Assembly (NCBI GenBank): GCA_048213135.1
Contig: PS015009.1
Location: 2,232,001 to 2,296,000, forward strand
DNA from: Reclinomonas americana ATCC 50394
Taxonomy: Eukaryota
Direction: 5' to 3'
DNA: 64,000 bases
In this document: positions 29,207 to 39,477 of the stretch, one piece after another
Layout: every line of letters starts with the position of its first letter
How positions within the stretch are numbered: position 1 is the stretch's first letter
Program-made: the position numbers and the translations under genes
The notes under the pieces: model-generated
Told to the model about the DNA's origin: nothing
What the model saw: the letters and a program-made list of their open reading frames with translations, nothing else
Database searches by the model: none

Positions 29207-29752
29207 TTAACCAGGGTTAGTCAGTGAATAAAATACCTGTGGAAGTTCACCCGGGGAAGGTTCTATATACATACTGTCGTCCCGCACAAAATGATTTCGC
29301 TCCAGGATCTTTACTGATCTGTCGTTCCCCGATGCCGGGAGCGCCGTCATTTTCTTCATTCCCATTTCCGTAAAAGCGTAACCGATCACCAGTTCTATAG
29401 CTTCCTGCATGATACCCCTGCCCTGGAAAGCCGGCATCAGTTCATACCCTACCTCACCCTGGTCCAGCTCCGGTTCCAGGTTCCACAGGCAGATGGTGCC
29501 CACCAGCCCGGGTTCGTCTTTCAGTTCAATTACCCAGTACGCCGATTGGTTGTTGGCGATGCTATTATTGATCTTCCCGATAAAAACCTTCGCTTCCTCC
29601 ACGCTTGTATTGGGTTGCCGGTCGAGGTACTGGTTCACCAGCGGGTCGGAACGGAGCAGGGATATACGCTCCGCATCAGCGGGTACAAGTGCCCGCAGGC
29701 GCAGGCGGCTGCCCGCCAATTCAGGAAAAGGATCCAAATGTATACGCAGCAT
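29207..29752 (-). CDS. GNAT N-acetyltransferase (RimJ/RimL type)
   Basis: FPELAGSRLRLR and GEVGYELMPAFQGRGIMQEA motifs. Confidence 0.9.
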   Translation of the reverse strand: MLRIHLDPFPELAGSRLRLRALVPADAERISLLRSDPLVNQYLDRQPNTSVEEAKVFIGKINNSIANNQSAYWVIELKDEPGLVGTICLWNLEPELDQGEVGYELMPAFQGRGIMQEAIELVIGYAFTEMGMKKMTALPASGNDRSVKILERNHFVRDDSMYIEPSPGELPQVFYSLTNPG

Positions 29753-29982
29753 AAGTCGGTTTTAATGCCCCTCCGGGCCGGTCTGTCTTAAATATACAAA
29801 GACCGGCTGACATATAGTTTTCCTCCGCATGTATTTTATATCAGATGGACATCATATTCCGGGTCAAATATTTCTGCATTTTTATATCTTTTACTTCTAC
29901 ATTTGTGATGCATTTTTGATCGGCTTACTACCCATTACTGGTTTAGACCGTAGCCTGCCGGTGAACATTTTAATCTTTTATT

Positions 29983-32001
29983 GTGTCGAAACATGTTAAT
30001 AAGGTAACAGCGGCGGGACTGCTTGTTGCATTAGGTATTATCTATGGTGATATCGGTACTTCACCTTTGTATGTTTTCAGTGAAATTATTAATGGTAAGA
30101 AAGTAGATGAACTGCTCATCATAGGAGGCTTGTCTTGTATCATATGGACACTTACGCTTCAGACAACAATAAAATATGTGATTCTTACCCTCCGGGCTGA
30201 TAACAAAGGTGAAGGAGGTATCTTTTCTCTATACACTCTTGTACGACGGCAGAAAAAATGGCTTGTTATACCCGCTATGATTGGGGGGGCCGCACTGCTG
30301 GCTGATGGTATGATAACACCGCCGATTACAGTTACAGCTGCTATAGAAGGACTGGATAATATCCCTATTCTGCATGGGATCGAATTAAGGACCATCATCA
30401 TTATTGTACTGGCGATACTGGCCATATTATTTTTCATGCAGCAGTTTGGTACACATTCCATAGGAAGAATGTTTGGACCAATCATGCTGGTATGGTTCAT
30501 TATGCTGGCCGTATTGGGAATTTCGCATATTACGGATGACTGGAATATTCTTAAGGCATTCAATCCTTATTATGCAATCAAATTGCTGACAATTTATCCT
30601 AAGGGCTTCTGGCTTCTTGGGGCTGTTTTTCTGTGTACAACGGGTGCAGAAGCATTATACAGTGACTTGGGGCATTGTGGGAGAGGTAATATCCGCAATT
30701 CGTGGATACTGGTTAAAGCTTGCCTGATTCTGAACTACCTGGGCCAGGGATCATATCTTTTGCATAACTATAAAGGGACCGTTTTTGCTACCAAGGAGCT
30801 AATGCACAATTCTTCTTTTATGGCCGCTAACCCCACTGCTGTAGAAATGGTCAACCCCTTTTACGGACTTATGCCCGATTGGTTTGTTACCCCGGGAATA
30901 ATTATCGCCACCGCAGCAGCTATTATTGCCAGCCAGGCTTTGATCAGCGGTTCGTTCACACTGATCAGTGAAGCCATACGTCTGAACCTGTGGCCAAGAA
31001 TGAAGATCAATTACCCTTCGGAAGCCAAAGGCCAGTTGTTTATACCTGGTATCAACGCCCTGTTATTTGCGGGTTGCTGCGCTATTGTATTGTACTTCCA
31101 AACTTCGGGAGCGATGGGTGCCGCTTACGGCCTGGCCATCACGCTTTGTATGCTGGCTACTACTATATTGTTCTCTAATTTTATGATCACGAAAAGGATC
31201 AAGCCCGTATTCATTTACCTGTTTCTTGCGGTTTTTCTTACTATAGAGATCGGGTTCCTTATTGCCAATCTTGATAAATTCCCTCATGGCGGTTATGTAA
31301 CATTGATCGTAGGTGGTGGCCTCTTTGCTGTGATGTACGTCTGGTACCGGGCCAGGAAGATCAAAAACCGTTATGTGGAATTTGTGCGGCTGCATGAATA
31401 TATACCTAAACTTGAAGAACTCAGCAATGATACATCAGTACCGAAATACGCCACCCACCTGGTGTACCTGACGAGTGCCAACAATCCCAAAGAGATTGAA
31501 CACAAGATCATTTATTCCATCCTCAGCGGCAAGCCCAAAAGGGCTGATATTTACTGGTTTGTACATGTGGATACCCTGGATGACCCATATACCAGTGAAT
31601 ATTGCGTTGAACATATTATTCCCAATGATATCATACGGGTAGAATTCAGGCTGGGCTTCCGTATGGCGCCGCGGTTGAACCTCATGTTCAAGAAAGTGGT
31701 GGAAGACCTGGTGGCCAACCGCGAGGTGAATGTAACCAGCCGCTATGAAAGTCAGCAGCGCAACAATGTGGTAGGCGACTTCCAGTTTGTGGTGATGGAA
31801 AAATTCCTGTCGCAGGATAATGAACTGCCTTTCTTTGAACGCGTAGTAATGAAACTGTACTTCTATATTAAAGAGATATCGCTCAGCGAAGAACGGGGTT
31901 TTGGATTGGAGCAAAGCACCGTGCATGTAGAGAAGTTTCCGCTCATTATTGCGCCGGTCAGCAAACTAAAGTTGAAAAGGATCTATACGGATGAAGATTA
32001 A
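29983..32001 (+). CDS. kup: KUP/HAK/KT potassium transporter
   Basis: LGIIYGDIGTSPLY, ADNKGEGG, TGAEALYSDLGH and IASQALISG motifs; TACATTTG promoter box at 29898. Confidence 0.96.
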   Translation: MSKHVNKVTAAGLLVALGIIYGDIGTSPLYVFSEIINGKKVDELLIIGGLSCIIWTLTLQTTIKYVILTLRADNKGEGGIFSLYTLVRRQKKWLVIPAMIGGAALLADGMITPPITVTAAIEGLDNIPILHGIELRTIIIIVLAILAILFFMQQFGTHSIGRMFGPIMLVWFIMLAVLGISHITDDWNILKAFNPYYAIKLLTIYPKGFWLLGAVFLCTTGAEALYSDLGHCGRGNIRNSWILVKACLILNYLGQGSYLLHNYKGTVFATKELMHNSSFMAANPTAVEMVNPFYGLMPDWFVTPGIIIATAAAIIASQALISGSFTLISEAIRLNLWPRMKINYPSEAKGQLFIPGINALLFAGCCAIVLYFQTSGAMGAAYGLAITLCMLATTILFSNFMITKRIKPVFIYLFLAVFLTIEIGFLIANLDKFPHGGYVTLIVGGGLFAVMYVWYRARKIKNRYVEFVRLHEYIPKLEELSNDTSVPKYATHLVYLTSANNPKEIEHKIIYSILSGKPKRADIYWFVHVDTLDDPYTSEYCVEHIIPNDIIRVEFRLGFRMAPRLNLMFKKVVEDLVANREVNVTSRYESQQRNNVVGDFQFVVMEKFLSQDNELPFFERVVMKLYFYIKEISLSEERGFGLEQSTVHVEKFPLIIAPVSKLKLKRIYTDED

Positions 32002-32012
32002 AGACATTTGTC

Positions 32013-32321
32013 ATGAGATCGATAACCGCGGCTGCGCTTAAAGACAAATTTGGAAAAGGCGAGCCTGTTTTCCTGCTGGATGTACGGGAACCGTATGAGC
32101 ATGAAGCGTTCAATATAGGCGGAACGCTCATCCCGTTAGGCGACGTGGTACACCGGTATAAAGAAATACCGGCAACAGGCGAAGTGGTTGTTTACTGCCG
32201 CAAAGGCATCCGGAGCCAGATCGCCATACAACGCCTGCAGGATAAATTCCAGTTTCAAAACCTGGTGAACCTTATTGGCGGCACCGAAGCCTGGAAACAA
32301 TTACCGGCTGATCAATCATAA
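32013..32321 (+). CDS. Rhodanese-like domain protein
   Basis: LLDVREPYE, VVYCRKGIRS and NLIGGTEAW motifs. Confidence 0.9.
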   Translation: MRSITAAALKDKFGKGEPVFLLDVREPYEHEAFNIGGTLIPLGDVVHRYKEIPATGEVVVYCRKGIRSQIAIQRLQDKFQFQNLVNLIGGTEAWKQLPADQS

Positions 32322-32352
32322 TAGTAAGGTCTCAATCACAGGTCCCGGGCAA

Positions 32353-32380
32353 AATTCATAATTCATAATTCGTAATTCAT
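32353..32380 (+). repeat. Heptamer tandem repeat AATTC(A/G)T x4
   Basis: aattcat-aattcat-aattcgt-aattcat upstream of hydrolase 1. Confidence 0.8.
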
Positions 32381-32404
32381 CATCAGGAATAGTATTTTGT
32401 ACCT

Positions 32405-33205
32405 GTGAACTCTTCTCTCCTGCACATACTGCTTTACATCGCCGGTGGCATAGCTGTACTTTCCGTGATCGTATATTTCATCCAGGAAAAATTCATTTTT
32501 AAGCCTGAAAAATTAAAGCAGGATTTCCAGTACAAGTATGATGCGCCTTTCAGGGAATTGTTCTTTGATGTAGAACCCGGTGTAAGGATCAACGGGCTTC
32601 ATTTTTTTGTGGATAAACCGCTGGGGCTGATCCTTTATTTTCATGGCAACTCCCGCAGTATTAAAGGATGGGCCAAGTATGCCCGGGATTTTTACCGCTA
32701 TAATTATGATGTGGTGCTGGTGGATTACCGCGGTTTTGGCAAGAGTACTGGTAAGCGTACGGAAAAAGATATGCTGAATGATATGCAGTTTGTGTACGAC
32801 AGCCTGAAAGCCACTTATCCTGAAAACCACCTGATCGTTTACGGGCGCAGCCTGGGCAGTGGGTTTGCAGCCAAGCTGGCGGCCGATAACAAACCCCGCT
32901 ACCTGATACTGGATGCGCCTTATTTCAGTTTCAGGAAAACGATAGAAAGATTCCTCCCCATCCTCCCGGTCAAATATATTTTACGGTATCATCTTCGCAG
33001 CGATAAGTGGATTCCTAAGGTAAACTGCCATACGTATATCCTGCATGGTACCAAGGACTGGCTCATACCCATCAGCCAGAGTGAGCAGTTGCAGGCGCTT
33101 AACCCCAGGAAGATCACCCTCATCCGGATCGTCGGCGGACGGCACAATAACCTGCCTACTTTCCCGGAGTACCATAATTTTATAAGAGACATACTGAAGT
33201 ATTAA
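32405..33205 (+). CDS. Membrane-anchored alpha/beta hydrolase (ABHD-like)
   Basis: LYFHGN, DYRGFGKS, GRSLG nucleophile elbow, HGTKD and GRHNN motifs. Confidence 0.9.
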   Translation: MNSSLLHILLYIAGGIAVLSVIVYFIQEKFIFKPEKLKQDFQYKYDAPFRELFFDVEPGVRINGLHFFVDKPLGLILYFHGNSRSIKGWAKYARDFYRYNYDVVLVDYRGFGKSTGKRTEKDMLNDMQFVYDSLKATYPENHLIVYGRSLGSGFAAKLAADNKPRYLILDAPYFSFRKTIERFLPILPVKYILRYHLRSDKWIPKVNCHTYILHGTKDWLIPISQSEQLQALNPRKITLIRIVGGRHNNLPTFPEYHNFIRDILKY

Positions 33206-33269
33206 TTACTAATTAAGAATGTCTTGTAGCGTATGATCTTGCCCGGAACTGTTACGGTGCTATAATCGC

Positions 33270-33290
33270 AATTCGTAATTCATAATTCGT
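33270..33290 (+). repeat. Heptamer tandem repeat AATTC(A/G)T x3
   Basis: aattcgt-aattcat-aattcgt upstream of hydrolase 2. Confidence 0.75.
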
Positions 33291-33301
33291 AATTTCACGC
33301 T

Positions 33302-34108
33302 ATGAAAAAACGCCTCTTCACATGGCTGAAAATCCTCATCATTGTTTACTCCGTGATTGGTATTTCACTGTACTACCTGCAGGAAAAATTCCTTTTTCAT
33401 CCTGAAAAGTATCCTGCCGGGCACAAGTACCAGTTTGATATGCCTTTTGAAGAAGTGAACATTGCCATTAACGCGACAGACACTGTGAATATGATCAAAT
33501 TCTTCCCGCGTGACAGTATAAGAAAAGGTGTGGTACTTTATTTCCACGGCAATAAACAAAACATTGAGCGGTATGCCCGTTTTGTTCCGGATTTCACTCA
33601 ACATGGCTATGAAGTGTGGATGGAAGACTATCCCGGCTTCGGAAAAAGCACCGGCGAAAGAACGGAGAAGAAATTGTACGAAGAAGCGATGCAGGTGTAT
33701 ACGATGGCGCAGAGCCACTATCACCCGGATAGTATTATTTTATATGGCAAATCTTTTGGAACCGGTATTGCCTCCTACGTTGCTTCGCAAACGGATTGTA
33801 AAAGACTGGTACTGGAAACCCCTTATTACAGCATACCCGCTTTGTTTAACAGTTACGCTCCCATTTATCCTACCACAAGAATGAGTACGTATAAAATACC
33901 GGTGAATGAATACCTGCAGGAGGTAAAATACCCCATCAGTATTTTTCACGGCACTGATGACGGTGTTATCCCTTACCGGTGTGCAGCTAAATTGAAAAAA
34001 GTATTGAAACCAACCGACGAGTTTATTACTATCGATGAAGGTACGCATCATGATCTGGCCGGTTTTCCTGTGTACAAACGGAAACTCGACAGTTTGCTGA
34101 ATCATTGA
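33302..34108 (+). CDS. Membrane-anchored alpha/beta hydrolase, paralogue of the upstream gene
   Basis: LYFHGN, DYPGFGKS, GKSFG, HGTDD and GTHHD motifs. Confidence 0.9.
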   Translation: MKKRLFTWLKILIIVYSVIGISLYYLQEKFLFHPEKYPAGHKYQFDMPFEEVNIAINATDTVNMIKFFPRDSIRKGVVLYFHGNKQNIERYARFVPDFTQHGYEVWMEDYPGFGKSTGERTEKKLYEEAMQVYTMAQSHYHPDSIILYGKSFGTGIASYVASQTDCKRLVLETPYYSIPALFNSYAPIYPTTRMSTYKIPVNEYLQEVKYPISIFHGTDDGVIPYRCAAKLKKVLKPTDEFITIDEGTHHDLAGFPVYKRKLDSLLNH

Positions 34109-35050
34109 TCACTCTTCAATAGGAACTATATTTTTGGGGCTGTTCTTTTTGATCTTGGCAGGGATGGCGTTGACAATCTCCTGTTTAAGCACCTCTACCA
34201 GCCTGCGTTTTGCGAGATTTCGGTGCATGGCGATGCTTACCTCACGCATAGGCGCGGGGGAGCGGAAGTAACGTACCATCTGTTCCTGCCGGGCAGTGAA
34301 ATGGAGTGTAGCCAGTTCGGGAAGTATGGTAATGCCGTCGTTCAGTTCTACCATACGGCGGAGCGTTTCAATACTGCCGGCCTCGTATTCAAAATGACCA
34401 AAACCGGAACTGGTCTTTTGCAGTTCGCACAGGTTAAGTACCTGTGAACGGAAACAATGCCCTTCCTGCAACAGCCATAGTTTATGCGGATCGATGTCTT
34501 TGGCGAGTACATAGTTCTTCTGGTAAACAGCGTTGTTCTTCGATACATAAGCTACCATCTCTTCATAAAACAACACTTCCTCTTTGATCCCCTGTTCGTG
34601 TAGCGGGGTAACCAGCAATGCCGCGTCGATGCGGTTTTCTTTTAACCTTGTAACCAGCGTTTCGGTAGGCAGTTCCTTTACCACCAGTTTTACCTGCGGA
34701 TGTTTTTTAGTGAATTGTTGTACGAAAAGCGGCAGGAGATAAGGCGCCAGGGTAGGGATGATACCCAGGCGCAGTTCACCGGCCACAATAGCTTTCTTAT
34801 CCTGTACGATCTCTTCGATAACTCCCTTTTCGGCCAGTATTTTACGGGCCTGTGCAATGATGGATATTCCCGCTTCGGTAGGTACTACGGGTTGCTTGCT
34901 GCGGTCGAACAAGATCAATCCCAGCTCCGCTTCCAGCTTATGTATCTGCATACTGAGCGTGGGTTGTGTTACAAAGCATTTTTCAGCCGCCCGGGCAAAG
35001 TGCCGGTAACTGTCCACTGCCACCAGGTATTCCAGCTGTACAAAAGTCAT
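34109..35050 (-). CDS. oxyR: Hydrogen peroxide-inducible LysR regulator OxyR
   Basis: LysR HTH (HFARAAEKCFVTQPTLSMQI), GIIPTLAPYLLP and the redox Cys pair GHCFRSQVLNLC. Confidence 0.9.
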   Translation of the reverse strand: MTFVQLEYLVAVDSYRHFARAAEKCFVTQPTLSMQIHKLEAELGLILFDRSKQPVVPTEAGISIIAQARKILAEKGVIEEIVQDKKAIVAGELRLGIIPTLAPYLLPLFVQQFTKKHPQVKLVVKELPTETLVTRLKENRIDAALLVTPLHEQGIKEEVLFYEEMVAYVSKNNAVYQKNYVLAKDIDPHKLWLLQEGHCFRSQVLNLCELQKTSSGFGHFEYEAGSIETLRRMVELNDGITILPELATLHFTARQEQMVRYFRSPAPMREVSIAMHRNLAKRRLVEVLKQEIVNAIPAKIKKNSPKNIVPIEE

Positions 35051-35052
35051 TA

Positions 35053-35067
35053 ATAGAGTTTGACTAT
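35053..35067. promoter_or_regulatory. OxyR/LysR box ATAG-N7-CTAT, likely autoregulatory
   Basis: ATAGagtttgaCTAT lies 2 nt upstream of the oxyR start codon. Confidence 0.6.
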
Positions 35068-35228
35068 GAAGATATTAATTTTATCGATACAAATTATTGC
35101 CGGTAAAGCTTCAAATTTGTAAATACGCTGGTACAAGTCCGGGGAGGAGTTTAACCCGGAAAAGATATTTATCTCGTAATGGAACCTAAAGTTGAGAGGA
35201 GAGTGACCGTTGCCTTTACCGGTTGCTC

Positions 35229-36143
35229 TCATTTTTTTTCTGACAAAACCGTTTTATTTTTCGTCACCCGGAAGTTGTGCACAACACCCGATTTTAAAGC
35301 GTAGTTTTCTTTACCATGACTTACCGGGAAACCGAAGCATACCGGGTAATCATATTCAGCCACTACATCGCGTATCACTTCTTCAATGGTTTGCCCGAAA
35401 GGTCTTTCCGTATCCTTCATATCGGTGAAGCCGCCAACAACCAGACCGGCGAGTTTATCCAGTTTACCAGTGCGTTTCAATTGGTACAACATACGATCGG
35501 TGCTGTAAATGTATTCGCCGGTGTCTTCTATAAAAAGAATTTTTCCTTTTGTCTGCAAGTCAGATGCTGTACCGCAGAGATGGGAGAGCAGTGCCAGGTT
35601 GCCGCCCACCAGCTGACCGGTGGCCTCGCCTTTCCTGTTGAATGGATGCGGGCTGGCGGAGTAAGATAACCGTTTGCCTGTAATGGCCTTTCGGAGCGAC
35701 TGTACAAATTCGTTTTCGTAGCCGCCGTCGTTAAAAGCCGCGGCCATAGGGGCGTGCAGCGTGGCTATGTCGTACTTCGTATGTATATGTGCGTGAAGCA
35801 CGGTAATATCGCTGAACCCGATGATCCATTTCGGGCGCTTCCTGAATTTTTTAAAATCCAGCCCGTCAATGATACGCCCGACGCCATAACCGCCACGTCC
35901 GCAGAGTATGGCCTGGATGCCGTCATCGTCCAGCATGGCCTGGAGTTCATCCCGCCGGTCCTCGTCGGAACCCGAAAAATAATTGCCGGAGCCGCTGCCC
36001 AGTGTCTTACCCACCATTACCTGGAACCCCCACTGCTGGAGGATTTCAATGCAGGTGGCCGCTTTGTCGGCTGCCATATAACCGGCGGGGCAGGTAATGC
36101 CAATGGTGTCGCCTTTTTTAAGATAGGGAGGTGTCCTGTTCAT
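35229..36143 (-). CDS. LD-carboxypeptidase (peptidase S66)
   Basis: RGGYG, GFSDIT, GGNL, FIEDTGE and FPVSH catalytic motifs; ATG 36143 preferred as start. Confidence 0.92.
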   Translation of the reverse strand: MNRTPPYLKKGDTIGITCPAGYMAADKAATCIEILQQWGFQVMVGKTLGSGSGNYFSGSDEDRRDELQAMLDDDGIQAILCGRGGYGVGRIIDGLDFKKFRKRPKWIIGFSDITVLHAHIHTKYDIATLHAPMAAAFNDGGYENEFVQSLRKAITGKRLSYSASPHPFNRKGEATGQLVGGNLALLSHLCGTASDLQTKGKILFIEDTGEYIYSTDRMLYQLKRTGKLDKLAGLVVGGFTDMKDTERPFGQTIEEVIRDVVAEYDYPVCFGFPVSHGKENYALKSGVVHNFRVTKNKTVLSEKK

Positions 36144-36222
36144 AAGTTCTGCTGCTGCCGGGCCCTGTACAGGCTTCTGTGGCACTTTTTTTGTTAAATT
36201 TACTGGCACAAAACTACCGCTT

Positions 36223-39200
36223 ATGCGCCTGCTGCTCTTTTGTCTTATCATCATGCCCTTTACCGGCATAGCTCAAAAATACAAGGAAAAGAACAATCAG
36301 CCGAACAGGCCAACAGCGCCCTGTACGCTCCCGGGTATGTTGCCCCAAACGGCCATCGCTGTTTGCGGTACCATGGATTTCAAACAAAACAGTGTTGCGC
36401 ACTGCGACGGGCAAACCATCAATACCAACAGCACCTGCGCTGGCGGCGGAACATCAAGGGATTCCTACTGGTACAAATTCCGTTGTTATACGGCAGGCTC
36501 GCTGGGTTTTCTCATTAAGCCCGATGTATTGTCTGATGACTACGACTGGGAACTGTTTGATGTTACCGGCATTGCCGATCTTGACCAGGTATATACGAAT
36601 GAAAGCCTGATGGTCTCTCTCAACCTGTGCGGAAGTCCCAACGGTGTTACCGGTTGCCGCTCCGATGGTATTACCAACGTGAACTGCGGCGGCGCTACCA
36701 ACCTCATCAACAAACTGGCCGACCTACAGCTGAATCATGATTACCTGCTGATGGTAACCAACTGGTCCACATCAGGCACGGGTTATACGCTCAGCTTTTC
36801 CGGCGGCACCGCGGTTATTACAGAAAATATTCCACCGGTGATCAGTAATGTTCAGACCGCGGGCTGTAACAGCAGCAAATTGAAAGTTACTTTCTCAAAA
36901 GATATTAAATGTTCAACAGTGAGTTTGGATGGCAGCGAATTCACCGTTCTGCCTGCCGGTCCGGCTGTAACCAGTGTCAATTCCGGTTGTGCTGCGGGGT
37001 TCTCGTCTATCACCAACCTGGAAGTTAACCTCGCATCGGCACTGACCCCGGGTAATTATAGCCTGCGGGTAGGCAAAGGAAGCGTAGACAATAATACCTT
37101 CTCCGATGTTTGTGATGTTTTTATCGCAGACGGATTCGATATACCTTTTGTAGTGGGACCGGTGCCACCAACTACGGTTACGGGAGTAACCTATTCCGGT
37201 TGTGCGCCCACCGTACTGGATGTGCAGCTGAGCCGCCCGATATTTTGTAACAGCATTTCCGCCGATGGCAGTGAATTTGCCATTACACCCGGTACTCCCA
37301 CGCCCCCTGTCATCCTTTCCGCACAATATACCTGCGCTAACGGCGGAACGCCCAGCGTAAGGCTTACGCTTCAGAATCCTTTAATGCATGGTAATTACCA
37401 GCTGGCACTGAAAGATGGTACAGATGGCAATGGTCTTGTGGATACCTGTGGCAGGGCGCTGGCCAATGGCAATGCCTATAATCTTATCATTCCGCAAACC
37501 ACCGTTGCGCCTGTTATACAATCTGTAGGTTTTGATGAATGTCATCCCGATCAGCTCGTACTGAATTTTGATAAAGCGGTAGCCTGTGGTACACTGTCAC
37601 CAGTAAGTGGCACAGAATTCGTCATCACCCCGGGAACATGGACTGTTAATACCCTTATCACCAACTGCACCGGCGTGTATACCAAACAGGTGACCCTCCT
37701 GCTGCAAAATCCTTTGCCGGGTGGTAACTATACGGTAAATATTAATGGTGGTACAGACGGTACTACCATCGCGGATACCTGCTATGCATTCACAGCACCG
37801 GGGTATAATTTCCCGTTTACCGCCACGCAGGCACCAGCTCCCATATTTGATTCGGTACAATTTGATAAATGCGAACCTTCTTCCGTAAAACTGTTTTACA
37901 GCCACCCTATCCGTTGCAGCAGTATTGCTCCCGATGGTAGTGACTATACCGTTACCGGTGCCTCAGGCGTTACCGTTACTGCGGCCAGTACAGATCCCGC
38001 TACCTGTGGCGCGGGTTATACGCGTTGGGTGACGCTGCAATTTTCTCAGCCCATCACCGTGCCTGGTAATTACCTGGTGCATAACGGTATGGGTTCCGAT
38101 GGTTCCGGGGTGATTGATACCTGCGGCGCTTCGCAGAACACAACCGAAACCATTGGCTTTACTACGCTGGGAAAACCATCGGCGGGCTTTATATCTGTAG
38201 TACAATGGGGTTGTGAGAAAGATACCATCACCTTCTCCCACTCCGGCGGTAACGGGGTCAACTCATGGGAATGGGTGTTCAGCGACGGCTCTACGGCATC
38301 CGGACAAACCGTAACGCGTACATTCCCCATCACATCCGCCACCATCACAGCGCAACTGATGATATCCAACGGAACCTGCGGCGACACACATGTTGAGACC
38401 ATCACCCTGGGCAATACTTTTGCACCCGCATTCAGCAAGTTACCAAAGGATACCGCCTGTTTGAATGAACCTGTTGCCTTTACGGATGAGTCGGTAGGCT
38501 CAGGGCTGCAATACCTGTGGGATTTTGGCGATGGCTCACCACAATCGCCGGGGCAGAATGTACCGCCGCATATCTATACCAATCCGGGTGTTTATATCAT
38601 CCAGCTCATTGTATCTGACAGTCACGGTTGTAAGGATACCGCCAGCAGTAAACTTTTTGTGGCAGACAGGGCCAAAGTAGATTTCACAGGACTGCAACCG
38701 CAATACTGTACCGATAAAACGATCACGCTCTACCGGGTGATCAGTCCCAATATCATTTCCTATACCTGGAACAATGGCAATGGTCTTACACTCGATAACC
38801 GCACCTTTGTGCAGTTCAGTTATCCCAATGAAGGTGTATATACCATTACGCTGACCGCTAATGATAAATATTGCACACCGGCACAAATGAGCAAGACGGT
38901 GGCAATTTACAAAACGCCGGTACTGGACCTGGGCAGGGATACCGTTCTTTGTCCCGCCTCCCCTTTATTGCTGGGCGTACCACCCACCAGCGGCTATGCT
39001 TATTACTGGAATACCGGCGCCATTACTTCGCAGGTACTAACGGATATCTTTACACGCTACTATAAACTCACTGTCGATAACCATGGCTGTAAAGCGGAAA
39101 GTGATATCAATGTCAAGGTACTGCCCGCCTGCCTTATCAAAGTGCCTACGGCCTTTACGCCTAATAACGACGGTATCAATGATCAGCTGAAAGCAGTGAA

Positions 39201-39408
39201 TGCCGACCTGGCCACTAATTTCTCGCTGCAGGTATTCAACCGTATGGGCCAGGCCATGTTCAAAACCAATAACCCGCTGGAAGGATGGGACGGTATATTT
39301 AAAGGCAATCCTGCTGATGCGGGTACTTATGTATGGCAGCTTCGTTATACCGATCCCTGGTCGGGTAAGGATGTGTTTGAAAAAGGGACGAGTATCCTTA
39401 TACGATGA
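36223..39408 (+). CDS. T9SS type-B (gliding-motility CTD) secreted protein with Cys-containing Ig-like repeats and PKD domains
   Basis: Signal peptide; four repeats of about 110 aa (C...DGSEF..PGNY..D.C); PKD motif WDFGDG; CTD VPTAFTPNNDGIND...WDG...GTYVW...KGTSILIR. Confidence 0.9.
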   Translation: MRLLLFCLIIMPFTGIAQKYKEKNNQPNRPTAPCTLPGMLPQTAIAVCGTMDFKQNSVAHCDGQTINTNSTCAGGGTSRDSYWYKFRCYTAGSLGFLIKPDVLSDDYDWELFDVTGIADLDQVYTNESLMVSLNLCGSPNGVTGCRSDGITNVNCGGATNLINKLADLQLNHDYLLMVTNWSTSGTGYTLSFSGGTAVITENIPPVISNVQTAGCNSSKLKVTFSKDIKCSTVSLDGSEFTVLPAGPAVTSVNSGCAAGFSSITNLEVNLASALTPGNYSLRVGKGSVDNNTFSDVCDVFIADGFDIPFVVGPVPPTTVTGVTYSGCAPTVLDVQLSRPIFCNSISADGSEFAITPGTPTPPVILSAQYTCANGGTPSVRLTLQNPLMHGNYQLALKDGTDGNGLVDTCGRALANGNAYNLIIPQTTVAPVIQSVGFDECHPDQLVLNFDKAVACGTLSPVSGTEFVITPGTWTVNTLITNCTGVYTKQVTLLLQNPLPGGNYTVNINGGTDGTTIADTCYAFTAPGYNFPFTATQAPAPIFDSVQFDKCEPSSVKLFYSHPIRCSSIAPDGSDYTVTGASGVTVTAASTDPATCGAGYTRWVTLQFSQPITVPGNYLVHNGMGSDGSGVIDTCGASQNTTETIGFTTLGKPSAGFISVVQWGCEKDTITFSHSGGNGVNSWEWVFSDGSTASGQTVTRTFPITSATITAQLMISNGTCGDTHVETITLGNTFAPAFSKLPKDTACLNEPVAFTDESVGSGLQYLWDFGDGSPQSPGQNVPPHIYTNPGVYIIQLIVSDSHGCKDTASSKLFVADRAKVDFTGLQPQYCTDKTITLYRVISPNIISYTWNNGNGLTLDNRTFVQFSYPNEGVYTITLTANDKYCTPAQMSKTVAIYKTPVLDLGRDTVLCPASPLLLGVPPTSGYAYYWNTGAITSQVLTDIFTRYYKLTVDNHGCKAESDINVKVLPACLIKVPTAFTPNNDGINDQLKAVNADLATNFSLQVFNRMGQAMFKTNNPLEGWDGIFKGNPADAGTYVWQLRYTDPWSGKDVFEKGTSILIR

Positions 39409-39424
39409 CCTGATCTTTATCAAT

Positions 39425-39462
39425 AAAAAAGCGCCGCATAACTAAATGATGCGGCGCTTTTT
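39425..39462. terminator. Bidirectional intrinsic terminator
   Basis: AAAAAAGCGCCGCAT-loop-ATGCGGCGCTTTTT between convergent genes. Confidence 0.85.
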
Positions 39463-39477
39463 ATATCCGTGATGTGG

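Noticed and set aside
29906-29982. Possible riboswitch in the kup leader
   Set aside because: The leader is short, pairing is weak, and I see no match to the c-di-AMP (ydaO) consensus.
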